NCBI GenBank assembly: GCA_041752695.1
Contig: JBGSVZ010000001.1
Location: forward strand, 1 to 64,000
Direction of reading: 5' to 3'
From: Terrimicrobiaceae bacterium
GTDB lineage: Bacteria > Verrucomicrobiota > Verrucomicrobiia > Chthoniobacterales > Terrimicrobiaceae
DNA: 64,000 bases
Of the stretch, positions 36,751 through 48,803 are shown piece after piece. The notes beneath the pieces are model-generated. The model was not told the origin of the DNA and did not search any database. It saw only the letters and a program-made list of their open reading frames with translations. The first letter of the stretch is position 1, and every line of letters starts with the position of its first letter. The position numbers were made by a program, and so were the translations under genes.

Positions 36751-37650
36751 ATGAAATCTCCGCCGTGTTCCCTTCCTGTCTGTCCTGAACAACTCACAGA
36801 TGATCAGATAAAACAATTGCGCGACAATGGCTATCTCGCGTTTTCGGAGGTGCTCTCCGGGGAGGAAGTGGCGGAGGCGAGGCGGGCCCTGACGGAGCTG
36901 ACTACGCGGTTGGTTACCGATCCCTCGGTGGAATATTCGGGGCCGCATGCGACGGCGGGGAATTCCAACCAGGGTGGGGCCAGGTATGCCCGACCGGGTG
37001 GTCCGTGTTCCCTGCATCTGGAGAAGGAATTTAATCCGGTGGGCCGCACCCCGGAAGAAATCGAACTGAGCGTGCGCAAGTATTGGGGCTTTAGCGGTGA
37101 GGCGGCGGTTTTTCGAAAGATGCTGGAGGAAGGAAGCCGACTGCGTGCGGTGGTGGACGGGATCCTGGGTCGCGATCCTGTTTTGTTTCAGGAAATGGCG
37201 TTGGTAAAACCCCCCTTTATCGGCAGCGAAAAGCCATGGCATCAGGATAATGCCTATTTCTCCGTTGTGCCCCTCGAAGCGGTCCTGGGGGTCTGGATTG
37301 CCCTGGATGATGCGGGGGTCGAAAACGGCTGCATGCATGTCATTCCCGGAGCACACCGGGCTGGAGCGGTGAAACATCATCACGGAAGGGACTGCGAGAT
37401 TGATCCCGCCCTGCTCTCAGTCGATCGCGCCAAAGCCGTGCCCGTTCCCGCCGGCGGCGCGATGTTTTTTTACGGAATGCTGCCGCATGAGACGCCGCCC
37501 AATCGCTCCCCGGAACGCAGGCGGGCCCTGCAATTTCACTTCCGGGGGGCGCACAGCCGCATCATTGACGCAGAGGCCTACGATGGAGTTTTCGCCAACG
37601 GCTCAGGCGAGCCGGCGTCCTGTCGCAGCGCCTCGCGACTTGGGCCCTGA
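36751..37650 (+). CDS. Phytanoyl-CoA dioxygenase (PhyH) family Fe/2OG oxygenase
   Basis: KPWHQDNAYF, WIALDD...NGCM.VIPG.H and PHETPPN.S..RRRAL motifs. Confidence 0.88.
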   Translation: MKSPPCSLPVCPEQLTDDQIKQLRDNGYLAFSEVLSGEEVAEARRALTELTTRLVTDPSVEYSGPHATAGNSNQGGARYARPGGPCSLHLEKEFNPVGRTPEEIELSVRKYWGFSGEAAVFRKMLEEGSRLRAVVDGILGRDPVLFQEMALVKPPFIGSEKPWHQDNAYFSVVPLEAVLGVWIALDDAGVENGCMHVIPGAHRAGAVKHHHGRDCEIDPALLSVDRAKAVPVPAGGAMFFYGMLPHETPPNRSPERRRALQFHFRGAHSRIIDAEAYDGVFANGSGEPASCRSASRLGP

Positions 37651-37657
37651 GGTTTGG

Positions 37658-38278
37658 TCAGATTTGGAAAGCCATCCAGAACGCGCGGAGGGAAAAGCAA
37701 ATTCCCACCCCTCCCAGAAAAAGCATGGCGGAAAAGAAGCTCCAGCGAATGCGGGGTTCTTTCATGATCAGGCTGATCGCGCCGACCACGAGGCAGAGCT
37801 GCAGGAAGAGCGTGCCCATGTCGAAGACGTCGCCGGCCGCATCGAGGGTGTCGATTTCCGTCTCCCATTCCTTGGCTCCTTTGATTTTTCCCAATTCGCC
37901 GTCGATATCCTGCACCCAGTTCTCCCGACCGACGGCGGCTGAGCCCAGGAGGATTTCTTTTTTCTCCTTTTTATAGCGGGCGACCTGGGTGTCGAGTTGC
38001 GCAATCGTCGTGGTGACACCCGCGGATTTTTCCGGCGCGATGATGCCGGCTTCCAACAGGGCCCGCAGGGTGTCGTTCTGGCCTTCGGCGAGGTTTTCCT
38101 TCAACCCCTTCGAGGCGTACCACGCGTAGGCTTTCTCCCCGCCGCTACGGGCGGCAATTTCGTCGCCGCCAAATTTGCCGGACCCGAGATCATTGATCGC
38201 CAGGGCCGCCGCGAGGACGGCCAGAGCCAGTCCGCAGATCAGTTCGAAATGGTCGTGCTTTTTTTCCTCTTCGGCCAT
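37658..38278 (-). CDS. DUF4337-like membrane protein
   Basis: LAVLAA.LAI, WY..KGLK and LQLCLVVGAISL patterns. Confidence 0.7.
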   Translation of the reverse strand: MAEEEKKHDHFELICGLALAVLAAALAINDLGSGKFGGDEIAARSGGEKAYAWYASKGLKENLAEGQNDTLRALLEAGIIAPEKSAGVTTTIAQLDTQVARYKKEKKEILLGSAAVGRENWVQDIDGELGKIKGAKEWETEIDTLDAAGDVFDMGTLFLQLCLVVGAISLIMKEPRIRWSFFSAMLFLGGVGICFSLRAFWMAFQI

Positions 38279-38280
38279 CC

Positions 38281-40182
38281 TCAGGCGAGCGAGATTTTTG
38301 GCTTGGACGCCTTGGCCGGAAGGGCGGCGAGAATTTTTTCCACGGCAGCCTGTGCGGTGAGTCCGTGTTTCTGTCGGAGGATTGGGACCGTGCCGTGCTC
38401 GATGAACGCGTCGGGCCAGCCCACGCGGACGACCGGAGTGGGAATGCGGGTGTCCGACAGGTGTTCGATCACGGCGGAGCCAAAGCCGTTGTGCAGAACG
38501 TGGTCCTCCATCGTGCAGAGCACCTCGCAACCGCGCGCAAAAAATTCGAGGGTTGCGGTATCGAGCGGTTTGATCCAGCGAGCGTTGATCACCGCGGTGG
38601 AGATACCCTGGCTTTCGAGTGTGCGGGCGGCCTCTTCGGCGAGTTCCACCATGTTGCCGAGGGCGATGATGGCAACGCGGGAGCCGTGACGAAGCACCTC
38701 GGCCTTGCCGATTTCGAGAATTTTTGGCTGGGCCTTGGGTTTGACGCCCGTGCCGGGCCCGCGAGGGTAGCGGATGGCGATGGGGCCCTGGTGGTAGTTG
38801 GCCATCGTCCAGAGCATGTCGGCAAATTCATCCTCGTCCTTTGGTTGCATGTGGACCAGACCGGGGACGGGGCGCAGGTAGGCTATGTCGAAAAGCCCGT
38901 GATGCGTCGGGCCGTCGTCGCCGCTGAGCCCGGCGCGGTCCATGCAGAGGGCCACGTTGAGATTCTGCAGCGCGATATCATGAATGATCATGTCGTAGGC
39001 GCGTTGCATGAAAGTCGAATAGATCGCAAGGAACGGCTTGAGCCCCTCCACGGCCAGGCCGCAGGCGAAAAGAGCGGCGTGTTCCTCGGCAATGCCGACG
39101 TCGAAACACCGGTCGGGGTGCCGTTTGGCGAAATTGATCAGCCCGGTGCCGGTGGGCATCGCGGCGGTGATGGTGACGATCTTGTTGTTGTGATCGGCGA
39201 AGTCCGCCAGCGTCTTGCCCAGCATTTCGGAATACGTCGGCGTGGCACTCGGAACGGTGTCACCGGTATCGAGATGGAATTTTCCAAGGCCGTGAAATTT
39301 ATCCGGTTTCTCCAGCGCCGGGGCGTACCCTTTGCCCTTCTTGGTCAGAATGTGCAGGATGACGGGTTCTTCCTGGGTTTTGAGAAACTCAAACGTTTGG
39401 ACCAGGAGGGGAATGTCGTGGCCATCGATCGGGCCGTAGTAGCGCAGGCCGAGGTCTTCAAAGATCACGCTCGGGGCGATCAGGTTTTTCACGCTGGCCT
39501 CGACTTTTCCGGCCAGCTTGCGGGCGGTTTTTCCGCCGAGCCATTCGACGAACTTCGCCGCCTTTTCGTGGAGGTGGGCGTAGGCGGGATTGGCGACCAG
39601 ACGGTTGAGGTATTCCGCAACGGCTCCCACGTTTTTGGCGATGGACCATTCGTTGTCATTGAGGACAACGATGAGTCTTTTTGTGGTGGAGGCCACGTTG
39701 TTCAGGGCCTCGAAACTGACGCCGCAGGTGAAGGCTGCGTCGCCCGCCACGCAGACGACGTGCTCGTCGCTGCCCAACATGTCACGGCCGGCGGCCATGC
39801 CCAGGGCGGCCGAGAGAGCCGTGCCCGCGTGGCCGGCACCGTAGCAGTCGTGCTCGCTTTCCGTCCGCAGGAGGAATCCGTTCAGCCCCTCGTATTGCCG
39901 GATGGTGGAAAAGCGATCCCGGCGGCCGGTGAAAAGTTTGTGCACATAGCCCTGGTGGCTGACGTCGAAAAGAAATTTGTCCTTCGGCGTCTCAAACACG
40001 CGGTGCATCGCGATGGTGAGTTCGACGACGCCGAGATTCGGCCCGAGGTGGCCGCCGGTTTGGGAGAGGACTCTGATCAGTTCGGCCCGGACTTCCTCCG
40101 CAAGCTGAGGCAGGTCGTTTTCGTCGAGGGCCTTGATATCGGCCGGTGACGTGATGCTTTCGAGAAGATGCTTAGGATTCAT
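38281..40182 (-). CDS. dxs: 1-deoxy-D-xylulose-5-phosphate synthase
   Basis: GGHLGPNLGVVEL, DVSHQ.Y.HK, GHAGT, LNDN, DVGIAEEH, IYSTF.QRAYD and DGPTH motifs. Confidence 0.97.
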   Translation of the reverse strand: MNPKHLLESITSPADIKALDENDLPQLAEEVRAELIRVLSQTGGHLGPNLGVVELTIAMHRVFETPKDKFLFDVSHQGYVHKLFTGRRDRFSTIRQYEGLNGFLLRTESEHDCYGAGHAGTALSAALGMAAGRDMLGSDEHVVCVAGDAAFTCGVSFEALNNVASTTKRLIVVLNDNEWSIAKNVGAVAEYLNRLVANPAYAHLHEKAAKFVEWLGGKTARKLAGKVEASVKNLIAPSVIFEDLGLRYYGPIDGHDIPLLVQTFEFLKTQEEPVILHILTKKGKGYAPALEKPDKFHGLGKFHLDTGDTVPSATPTYSEMLGKTLADFADHNNKIVTITAAMPTGTGLINFAKRHPDRCFDVGIAEEHAALFACGLAVEGLKPFLAIYSTFMQRAYDMIIHDIALQNLNVALCMDRAGLSGDDGPTHHGLFDIAYLRPVPGLVHMQPKDEDEFADMLWTMANYHQGPIAIRYPRGPGTGVKPKAQPKILEIGKAEVLRHGSRVAIIALGNMVELAEEAARTLESQGISTAVINARWIKPLDTATLEFFARGCEVLCTMEDHVLHNGFGSAVIEHLSDTRIPTPVVRVGWPDAFIEHGTVPILRQKHGLTAQAAVEKILAALPAKASKPKISLA

Positions 40183-40417
40183 CGGCGCCGGTGGAGAAAT
40201 CGTCCACTCCGGCGGGGCCGGCGGCGTTTCGGGTAATAATCTGGATCCTTTGTTCCGAGGCGTCGAGTTTTTCCTGACAGAGCCGGACCAGCTTCACGCC
40301 CTCCTCATAGCCGGCGATGAGCTTGTCGAGCGGGAGTTGCCCCGACTCCATCCCGGCGACAAGTTTTTCCAGGCGCTCCATGGCCTGTTCGATGGACGGC
40401 GGGTTTTTTTCTGTCAC
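40172..40417 (-). CDS. xseB: Exodeoxyribonuclease VII small subunit
   Basis: IEQAMERLEKLV..MESGQLPLD.LI..YEEG..L...C...L..EQRI; the GTG start overlaps the upstream stop. Confidence 0.9.
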   Translation of the reverse strand: MTEKNPPSIEQAMERLEKLVAGMESGQLPLDKLIAGYEEGVKLVRLCQEKLDASEQRIQIITRNAAGPAGVDDFSTGADES

Positions 40418-42180
40418 GGCGTGGTGGTGCGCGGCTGGCTCCACCGGTCGCGGTCGGCAAAAATAATACATTCGCCCTCGATGGGCAGCGGGGTCACGGC
40501 GGTGAGCGGGAAACCTGCGAGTTGGGGTTTCTGGCCTTTGAACAGTCCCGCCCAAGCGAGGTAAATCCCCGCCCATTCTTTGTTCCGGCCCTTCATGATG
40601 TCGCCCATGAACTGGCCATTGCCGGTGACTGGGGTCAGATACAGCCCGCGGATGGGCTGTTTAGTAATGCCGTAATCGTGGAGATTGTTGAAGGTCCGCA
40701 GGCTGTCCGGCAAGAGGAGGGAAGGACGCTGGGCGTACCAGGCCACGGCCCAGGGCATGTCCGAACAGATCATTTCATCTTCCGCGAACCAGTCGCCCAG
40801 GATGCCGATGAACGGCGGAACGTAGGGCGGCCATTGGATACGCTGGTTGTCGCCCGCGAACAGGCGCAGTCCCATCGGGATGGCGCAGATCAGGAGCATG
40901 ACGGAAATGAAAACAATCCGAAGGAGCGCGCTGCCCAGTTCCAGGCGATTCCAAAGCACAAAGAGAAACGCCATGCCGAAACCGATGAAAAGGGGAATGA
41001 ACAAAACGTGGAGCTGGTTGGCGGAGACCGCTCCCTCCGGCTGAAAGAGTGCCATGCCGACGACGGCGCTGACCCACATGAGCAGGATGCACCATTTGAA
41101 CATGAAGGTTTTCCGACTGCGGAACGGGTGGAAGAGCGCGACGAAAAAGGCGCCGGCGACGATGTTGAGCCCGAGGAAGGCGGAGATTTGTTCCACCTGG
41201 CGAATAACGCCACTGCGGGCCTTGCCCTGCAAACTGGTGCCCGATCCGCCCACGCTCACCTGCATGCTGCGGGCGTAGGTGTCTTCCGACGTGCCGGGGA
41301 AAAAGGCGTCATAGGCCGCCAGTCCCACCGGATTGCCGCAGACCTGATAGTTTCGGACCATCCAGGGAGCGATCACCAGCAGAAATGCCGCGAGCGAGGC
41401 AAGCGCCGCCAGACCGCGGGGACGGAAATAGAGCGCGGCGAAAACCAGCCAGCCCGCAAAAATCCAGAAACAAAGGCCGTGCGCCAGGGTCATCAACCCC
41501 ATGCCGATGCCCGAGGCGATTAGCCACGCGATCATCATGCCCAACTGTTCCTTTTGATACGCCTCCATGGCCAGGAGGGTGGCAAGCATGGTGAGGGAGA
41601 ACAGGAGCAGCACGAGCATCTGAGGAAGCCCGGAGAGCGAGAATTGCCAAAAGATATCCGTTAGCAAAATGCTCGCGCAGGCGAAAAGGGCGAGTTTGGT
41701 GTCGAAGAGCCGGGAGAGGACAAAGAACCAGACCCCCACCGAGAGAATGAAGGTCACCACCGCAACCGCGGCGATCATCCGATCCCCGATATAGACGATG
41801 TCGGTTGCGGTCATTTTCCATTTGCTCTTGATCAGTCGGAGGGCAAAGGAATTGATCCAGGGATTCAGCGGCGACTGGTAAAAGTCGGGAAATCCATTGA
41901 GGTCCACCTGGGTGTTTTCCCCCTGCTTTTTCTGTATGATTCCCAGGGCAAGGGGGCGGATGTACCCGGTGGTGAAACCTTTCCCGTCCGCCAGATTGCG
42001 GGCAATCTGCGCCTGATCCATTGCGGTCGCCGAATTGAGACCCTTGAACTGCGCGAACAGATAAAGGAGGGAAAGACCGACGATGAGCACGCTGAACATG
42101 CCTCCCCGGATGAGGAAGGCAAATTTCCCCTGGTCGAGGGAATGCACGGCGGATTGAACTTGGACGTCTCCTGCTGCCAT
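40414..42180 (-). CDS. Polytopic membrane glycosyltransferase (GT-C/GT39, PMT_2-like)
   Basis: MDQAQIARNLA.GKGF, many TM segments, PW.VRNY...GNP and SDMPWAVAWY motifs. Confidence 0.7.
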   Translation of the reverse strand: MAAGDVQVQSAVHSLDQGKFAFLIRGGMFSVLIVGLSLLYLFAQFKGLNSATAMDQAQIARNLADGKGFTTGYIRPLALGIIQKKQGENTQVDLNGFPDFYQSPLNPWINSFALRLIKSKWKMTATDIVYIGDRMIAAVAVVTFILSVGVWFFVLSRLFDTKLALFACASILLTDIFWQFSLSGLPQMLVLLLFSLTMLATLLAMEAYQKEQLGMMIAWLIASGIGMGLMTLAHGLCFWIFAGWLVFAALYFRPRGLAALASLAAFLLVIAPWMVRNYQVCGNPVGLAAYDAFFPGTSEDTYARSMQVSVGGSGTSLQGKARSGVIRQVEQISAFLGLNIVAGAFFVALFHPFRSRKTFMFKWCILLMWVSAVVGMALFQPEGAVSANQLHVLFIPLFIGFGMAFLFVLWNRLELGSALLRIVFISVMLLICAIPMGLRLFAGDNQRIQWPPYVPPFIGILGDWFAEDEMICSDMPWAVAWYAQRPSLLLPDSLRTFNNLHDYGITKQPIRGLYLTPVTGNGQFMGDIMKGRNKEWAGIYLAWAGLFKGQKPQLAGFPLTAVTPLPIEGECIIFADRDRWSQPRTTTP

Positions 42181-42188
42181 ATTCGGTT

Positions 42189-43565
42189 TTAGTGGGAGGT
42201 GGGATTTTTGATGATATTCAGTTCCTTGAGGCGACGGTGGAGCGTGCGTCGGCTGATGCCGAGCCTCCGGGCTGCCGCGGTCCGGTTGCCCCGGCTCTCC
42301 TCAAGAGCGCGGAAAATAAGCATCTGCTCCGTTTGGTGCAAATTTAATCCGTCGTTCTCTTGTAATGGGGGGTCGCCGGATTGGGGGAGGGCACCCCGGA
42401 TGGCGGCGGGAAGGTCGCGGGTCCCGATCTGCGGAGAACTGCACATGACGACGGCATGTTCGACCGCGGCGCGCAGTTCGCGCACGTTGCCCGGCCAGTT
42501 GTAATCAAGAATGCAGGCCATCGCTTCCGCGGAAAATTCCCGGGTTGGTTTACTGTTTTCCTCGGCCGATTCCTTGAGGAAGGCCCGAACCAGGAGCGGG
42601 ATGTCCACCTTGCGGGTGCGCAGGGGCGGCATGGTGATTTGGACCACGTTGAGGCGGAAATACAGATCGTCCCGAAATTTGCCCTCGGCGACGAGACCGG
42701 CCAGATCCTTGTTGGTGGCCGCGACCAGGCGCACGTCGGCCTGGAGGGTTTGATTGCCACCCACCCGTTCGAAGGTCCGCTCGCCGATGGCGCGGAGAAG
42801 TTTGACCTGCGTGTTTTCGTCGATTTCCCCGATTTCATCGAGAAACAGGGTGCCGCCATTGGCTTGTTCAAATCGTCCCGTCCGGCGTTCGAAGGCTCCG
42901 GTAAATGCGCCGCGTTCGTGGCCGAAGAGTTCGCTTTCCAGCAATTGCGTCGAAAAGGCCTTGCAGTGCACCGCGACAAACTTCTTGTCCGCCCTCGGAC
43001 TCAAGTTGTGAATGGCCCGGGCCGCCAGTTCTTTGCCGGTTCCCGTTTCGCCCTGAATCAACACCGTCGCGCGTGACGGTGCGACCTGCTGGATTGTCTC
43101 GAAAACTTCCACCATCGCTCCGGAGTGGCCGATCATGCTTTCCAGCCCCGACCGCCTCCCGACCTGCTCGCGCAGGGTGGCAATCTCCTTCCGGGTATCG
43201 CGCTCGCGCAGAGCCCGCTGGATCAGCATTTCGAGCCGGTCGATGTTCACCGGCTTGGTCACAAAATCGTAGGCGCCACGTTTCATCGCCTCCACGGCTG
43301 TGTCGACCGATCCATAAGCGGTCATCATGATGCAGATCGGCGGCTTGGGCAGTTTGATCGCTTTTTCGATCAGGTCCATGCCGTCCTCTCCTCCCAGTCG
43401 GAGGTCGGTCACCACAACATCGGCCGGATCGGCTTCCAGAGTGGCCAGCGCGCCGGCAATGTCTCCGGCGACATACACTTCGAAATGATCCTCCAGTGCC
43501 ACCCGCAGTCCGTCGCGCGTGTTTTTTTCGTCATCGACGATGAGGAGTGTTTTTTGAAGTGCCAC
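42189..43565 (-). CDS. Sigma-54-dependent response regulator (NtrC family)
   Basis: Receiver domain (VDDE, D, TAYG, KP), [29 protein letters not shown] and a Fis-type HTH. Confidence 0.95.
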   Translation of the reverse strand: MALQKTLLIVDDEKNTRDGLRVALEDHFEVYVAGDIAGALATLEADPADVVVTDLRLGGEDGMDLIEKAIKLPKPPICIMMTAYGSVDTAVEAMKRGAYDFVTKPVNIDRLEMLIQRALRERDTRKEIATLREQVGRRSGLESMIGHSGAMVEVFETIQQVAPSRATVLIQGETGTGKELAARAIHNLSPRADKKFVAVHCKAFSTQLLESELFGHERGAFTGAFERRTGRFEQANGGTLFLDEIGEIDENTQVKLLRAIGERTFERVGGNQTLQADVRLVAATNKDLAGLVAEGKFRDDLYFRLNVVQITMPPLRTRKVDIPLLVRAFLKESAEENSKPTREFSAEAMACILDYNWPGNVRELRAAVEHAVVMCSSPQIGTRDLPAAIRGALPQSGDPPLQENDGLNLHQTEQMLIFRALEESRGNRTAAARRLGISRRTLHRRLKELNIIKNPTSH

Positions 43566-43679
43566 TTTGACTCTATGTGTCGATGCGGGGTGTTTTTGGC
43601 AAGTCTTTAAAGGAGGCGGGCCTTCAGCGCTGGCTACTGCGATGTCCCCCGTTTCATGCCATGTCCCGGGGCGCGGACC

Positions 43680-44738
43680 CTAGGCTTGAACGCGTCGGCG
43701 GCGGACGAAAACGAGAATCCCGACGCCCATGGCTGCCAGCCCGATGAGGGTGGGCTCGGGGACATTGTTCAGATTCGTGAACTGCTGGCCGTCCAGCGAC
43801 ATGACAAATTGCGTCCCGGCTGCGAAGGTTCCCGAGTCGAGCGAAATCGTCCAGGTGTAGGATTGGGTGTAAACCAGAGGAGCGTCCGCGGCGGTAAAGC
43901 CGTTCCCCGAGCCATTGTAGTCATAGCCCCGGACCAGTAAAAAATTATTGGAGAGTTCGCCCGGTGGCACCAGACCGGTGAATCCGTCGCTGTGAAAGGT
44001 CGTCTGGCCACCAGTTGTCGTCCCCCAACTCGTCGAGGCGTAGGGGCGGGCCAAGGCCGGAATACCCGAGACGAAAACGCCATTCGCGACCGGGGTCGAG
44101 TACATGTTCTCCAATTCCAGATCGACGTTAAAATTGTTGAGAGCGAGGCCTCCCGTGGCTGCCAGCCCCAAGGCTCCCCCCATCGGGCGACTGTCAAGTT
44201 GCGTCGGAGAGCTGGTTCGTCCGGCAATCGGCAGTGTGTAGGTCATTGTCCAGGAGATGGACGTGACTCCCGGGCTGAATCCCGACAGGCCCACGCTGTT
44301 AAATTTATCGGCGCCTCCATCAAAGTTGTTCGTATTGGCGAGCAAAAGGTCGGCCGTACCCCCATTGATCGTGATCACGTGGCTCACTCCGGTGCTGCTG
44401 GTGACCCGGTTGACGTCGTTAAGGTTGGCGACGTTGGCTGTGTTGGGATACAGCGAGCCCGGGCTGATCTGAAGAGTCCCTGATCCGAAGTCGTTGACGA
44501 AAATTTTGCTGTTGGTTGCGGACGTGGTCCCTGGAGTGATGTTGGGCGCGATGGTACCACTGCCCGTCCAGGAGCCGCCGGAAACCGTCCCGGTCGAACC
44601 CGATGTCACGACGAACGGAAATCCCGCCTGCGCCGATGTTACAGCCCAGCACAATGCCATCCCCGCCAGCAAAACGAGTCGGGGTGCCTTCGTCTGGACG
44701 AGAACCGCCGACGCATCGGATTTGTCAAAATATTCCAC
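43680..44738 (-). CDS. PEP-CTERM surface protein (start uncertain)
   Basis: Signal peptide (SAQA), Thr/Gly/Ser-rich body, and VPEP + TM + RRRR. Confidence 0.85.
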   Translation of the reverse strand: MEYFDKSDASAVLVQTKAPRLVLLAGMALCWAVTSAQAGFPFVVTSGSTGTVSGGSWTGSGTIAPNITPGTTSATNSKIFVNDFGSGTLQISPGSLYPNTANVANLNDVNRVTSSTGVSHVITINGGTADLLLANTNNFDGGADKFNSVGLSGFSPGVTSISWTMTYTLPIAGRTSSPTQLDSRPMGGALGLAATGGLALNNFNVDLELENMYSTPVANGVFVSGIPALARPYASTSWGTTTGGQTTFHSDGFTGLVPPGELSNNFLLVRGYDYNGSGNGFTAADAPLVYTQSYTWTISLDSGTFAAGTQFVMSLDGQQFTNLNNVPEPTLIGLAAMGVGILVFVRRRRVQA

Positions 44739-44799
44739 TAAGCATCAGGTTGCTGAAAGCGATGCGTGGGTGTCAATGCAATTTCCATCCATGACCGCT

Positions 44800-46833
<2,034 letters not shown>

Positions 46834-46854
46834 CTTCGGAAAACGACCAGCCCT

Positions 46855-48543
46855 TCAGGCCGCGGCGCGGATGGCGACGATCTGCATCTGCGCGTCCACG
46901 CGTCCGCCGAATTCATTGCGTTCGACGGTAAAGGCCACGTCCCACGGAGGGCGGGGAAGTTCGTTGGCGGCTCCGTGGAAAAAGATCGCATGCACGCGCT
47001 GGCGTCCGGCCTGAAAATCGAGGCGCAGGTGTTTTTCCTTCAGCACGCGGGGCGCGGCAAAGGGCGCGATGCCTCGGACGGCGAAGACCGGCTGAAAGTT
47101 CGCCATGCCGTAGGGCTCCAGCATTTCCTGCGTCTCCAGCAGGGAGAAATCGATATCGGCCAGGGCGAGTTCCGCATCCAGCCGAAGTTTGGGGGTGAGG
47201 ATGTCTTCATTCACTAGGGTTCTTGCACAGGCCTCGAAGGCGGCCCGGAACTCTTCGAAGTTTTCCTCTTGGACGGTCACGCCGGCCGCCATCTCGTGCC
47301 CGCCGAATTTTTCCAGGTGTGACGAACATTTGCCCAGCGTTTCCACGAGGGAGATGCCCTCGATGCTGCGGCCGCTGCCTTTGCCTCGGCCGTCCTCTCC
47401 GAATCCGACCAGGAGGGTGGGGCGGTGGTGCTGTCGCATGATGCGCGAAGCCACGATTCCGAGCACACCGTGGTGCCAGTCGCGGCGGCCCGCCACGATG
47501 CTGGCGTCGCGCTTGGGCTGAAAGTTTTCTCCCACCCAGGCCTCGACTTCCTGGCTTAACAAGCGCTCGACGTTTTGCCGTTCGCGATTTTGCAGGTCGA
47601 GACTGTTGGCGAGGCGGGTGGCCTCCGCGGGGTCGTCCGTAAGGAGAAGATGCAACGATTCCAAGGCGGTTCCGAGGCGGCCCGAGGCATTGATCCGTGG
47701 ACCCAGCCGGTACCCGATGTCACTGCCCCGGATGGGGGTCTTCACCCCCGCCACTGCCATCAGGGCCGAAAGACCCGGCCACCGGGTGCGGGCCATCTGC
47801 TCAAGTCCGCGGTGCACCAGGATGCGATTTTCCGCCACCAGTGGGACCAGGTCGGCCACGGTCGCCAGGGCCACGATGTCGAGATACTCTTTCAGATCAA
47901 CCCGCGTGTCTGGGGCCAGTTTGAGCAGGGCGTGGGCAAGTTTGAACGCCACGCCCGCGCTGCAGAGGTAGTGGTAATCGGTCCCGAATTTGGGATTCAC
48001 CAGGGCCACGCAATCGGGCCGGGAACCCGAGGGTTCGTGGTGATCCAAAATAATCAGATCGGCGCCACGTTGCCGAATGTTGGCGGCCTCGACCGTCGAG
48101 TTTGTCCCGCAGTCGACCGCCAGCAAAAGCTGCGGAGCATGTTCCTCAAAGCATCGCTCCACCCCGGATGCGCTCAGCCCGTAGCCTTCCTCCGCCCGCA
48201 GGGGTAGAAAACAGGCGACCGTCCCGCCCAGGGTGGTGATCACGCGCTTGAGCAGCGTGAGCGAGGTGACCCCGTCCACATCGTAGTCGCCGTAAAGGAC
48301 AATACGCTCCCGGCGTTTGATTGCCTCCACGACGCGAGGGGCCGCCTTCTCCATGTCGGGAAGGAGAAATGGATCGCCCAGATTGCGCAGCTTGGGCTGG
48401 AGGAAATCCACCGCCCCTTCCGAGTTTTCGAAGCCGTTCCGCGTCAGGACCCGCGCCAGAAATTCCGGGATGCCAAGGTCGCGGCCCAGCCGCTGCACGG
48501 CAAGTTCGCGTGCGGTTGAGGGGAAAATCCAGCGCCGGTGCAT
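46855..48543 (-). CDS. recJ: Single-stranded DNA exonuclease RecJ
   Basis: GDYDVDG, DCG, DHH, PRINA.GR and GGH.MAAG motifs. The start could be 48591. Confidence 0.95.
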   Translation of the reverse strand: MHRRWIFPSTARELAVQRLGRDLGIPEFLARVLTRNGFENSEGAVDFLQPKLRNLGDPFLLPDMEKAAPRVVEAIKRRERIVLYGDYDVDGVTSLTLLKRVITTLGGTVACFLPLRAEEGYGLSASGVERCFEEHAPQLLLAVDCGTNSTVEAANIRQRGADLIILDHHEPSGSRPDCVALVNPKFGTDYHYLCSAGVAFKLAHALLKLAPDTRVDLKEYLDIVALATVADLVPLVAENRILVHRGLEQMARTRWPGLSALMAVAGVKTPIRGSDIGYRLGPRINASGRLGTALESLHLLLTDDPAEATRLANSLDLQNRERQNVERLLSQEVEAWVGENFQPKRDASIVAGRRDWHHGVLGIVASRIMRQHHRPTLLVGFGEDGRGKGSGRSIEGISLVETLGKCSSHLEKFGGHEMAAGVTVQEENFEEFRAAFEACARTLVNEDILTPKLRLDAELALADIDFSLLETQEMLEPYGMANFQPVFAVRGIAPFAAPRVLKEKHLRLDFQAGRQRVHAIFFHGAANELPRPPWDVAFTVERNEFGGRVDAQMQIVAIRAAA

Positions 48544-48645
48544 CCCGTAGATCATAGGTGGCGAGGCTGCGGGATGCAATGGTTCGTGCATGGCGGCAGT
48601 TCAATATTACTTGCCTTTCCCCGCTCCCGGGCTAGCTTTTCCCCC

Positions 48646-48723
48646 ATGTCGCCATCCGCGAGCATTCTTCTGCGCGCTCCTCGACTCGGGTTGCTCCCGA
48701 GCCGACTTCTCCTCCTTTCCTAG
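48646..48723 (+). CDS. Leu-rich leader peptide of leuA (MSPSASILLRAPRLGLLPSRLLLLS)
   Basis: 9 Leu in 25 codons, ending LLLL-S-stop, 80 nt upstream of leuA. Confidence 0.75.
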   Translation: MSPSASILLRAPRLGLLPSRLLLLS

Positions 48724-48803
48724 CGGTTCAGGCTGCGTTCCCGGCGGGCGCGGTGTGTGCCGCGGCCTTCTCCCGATTTCCGCCGGACAACTCTCTTAAT
48801 CTC

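Noticed and set aside
36736..37383. N-terminal extension of the AraC ORF (504 aa in the track)
   Set aside because: It overlaps the phyH gene on the opposite strand and is only an open-frame extension.
38365..40149. 594-aa plus-strand ORF
   Set aside because: Shadow of dxs. The same applies to long ORFs opposite glyQS, leuA, GH2 and amtB.
42189..43565. NtrC-family regulator as the activator of the amtB promoter
   Set aside because: Proximity only. It heads a glycosyltransferase-xseB-dxs run, and no binding site is supported.
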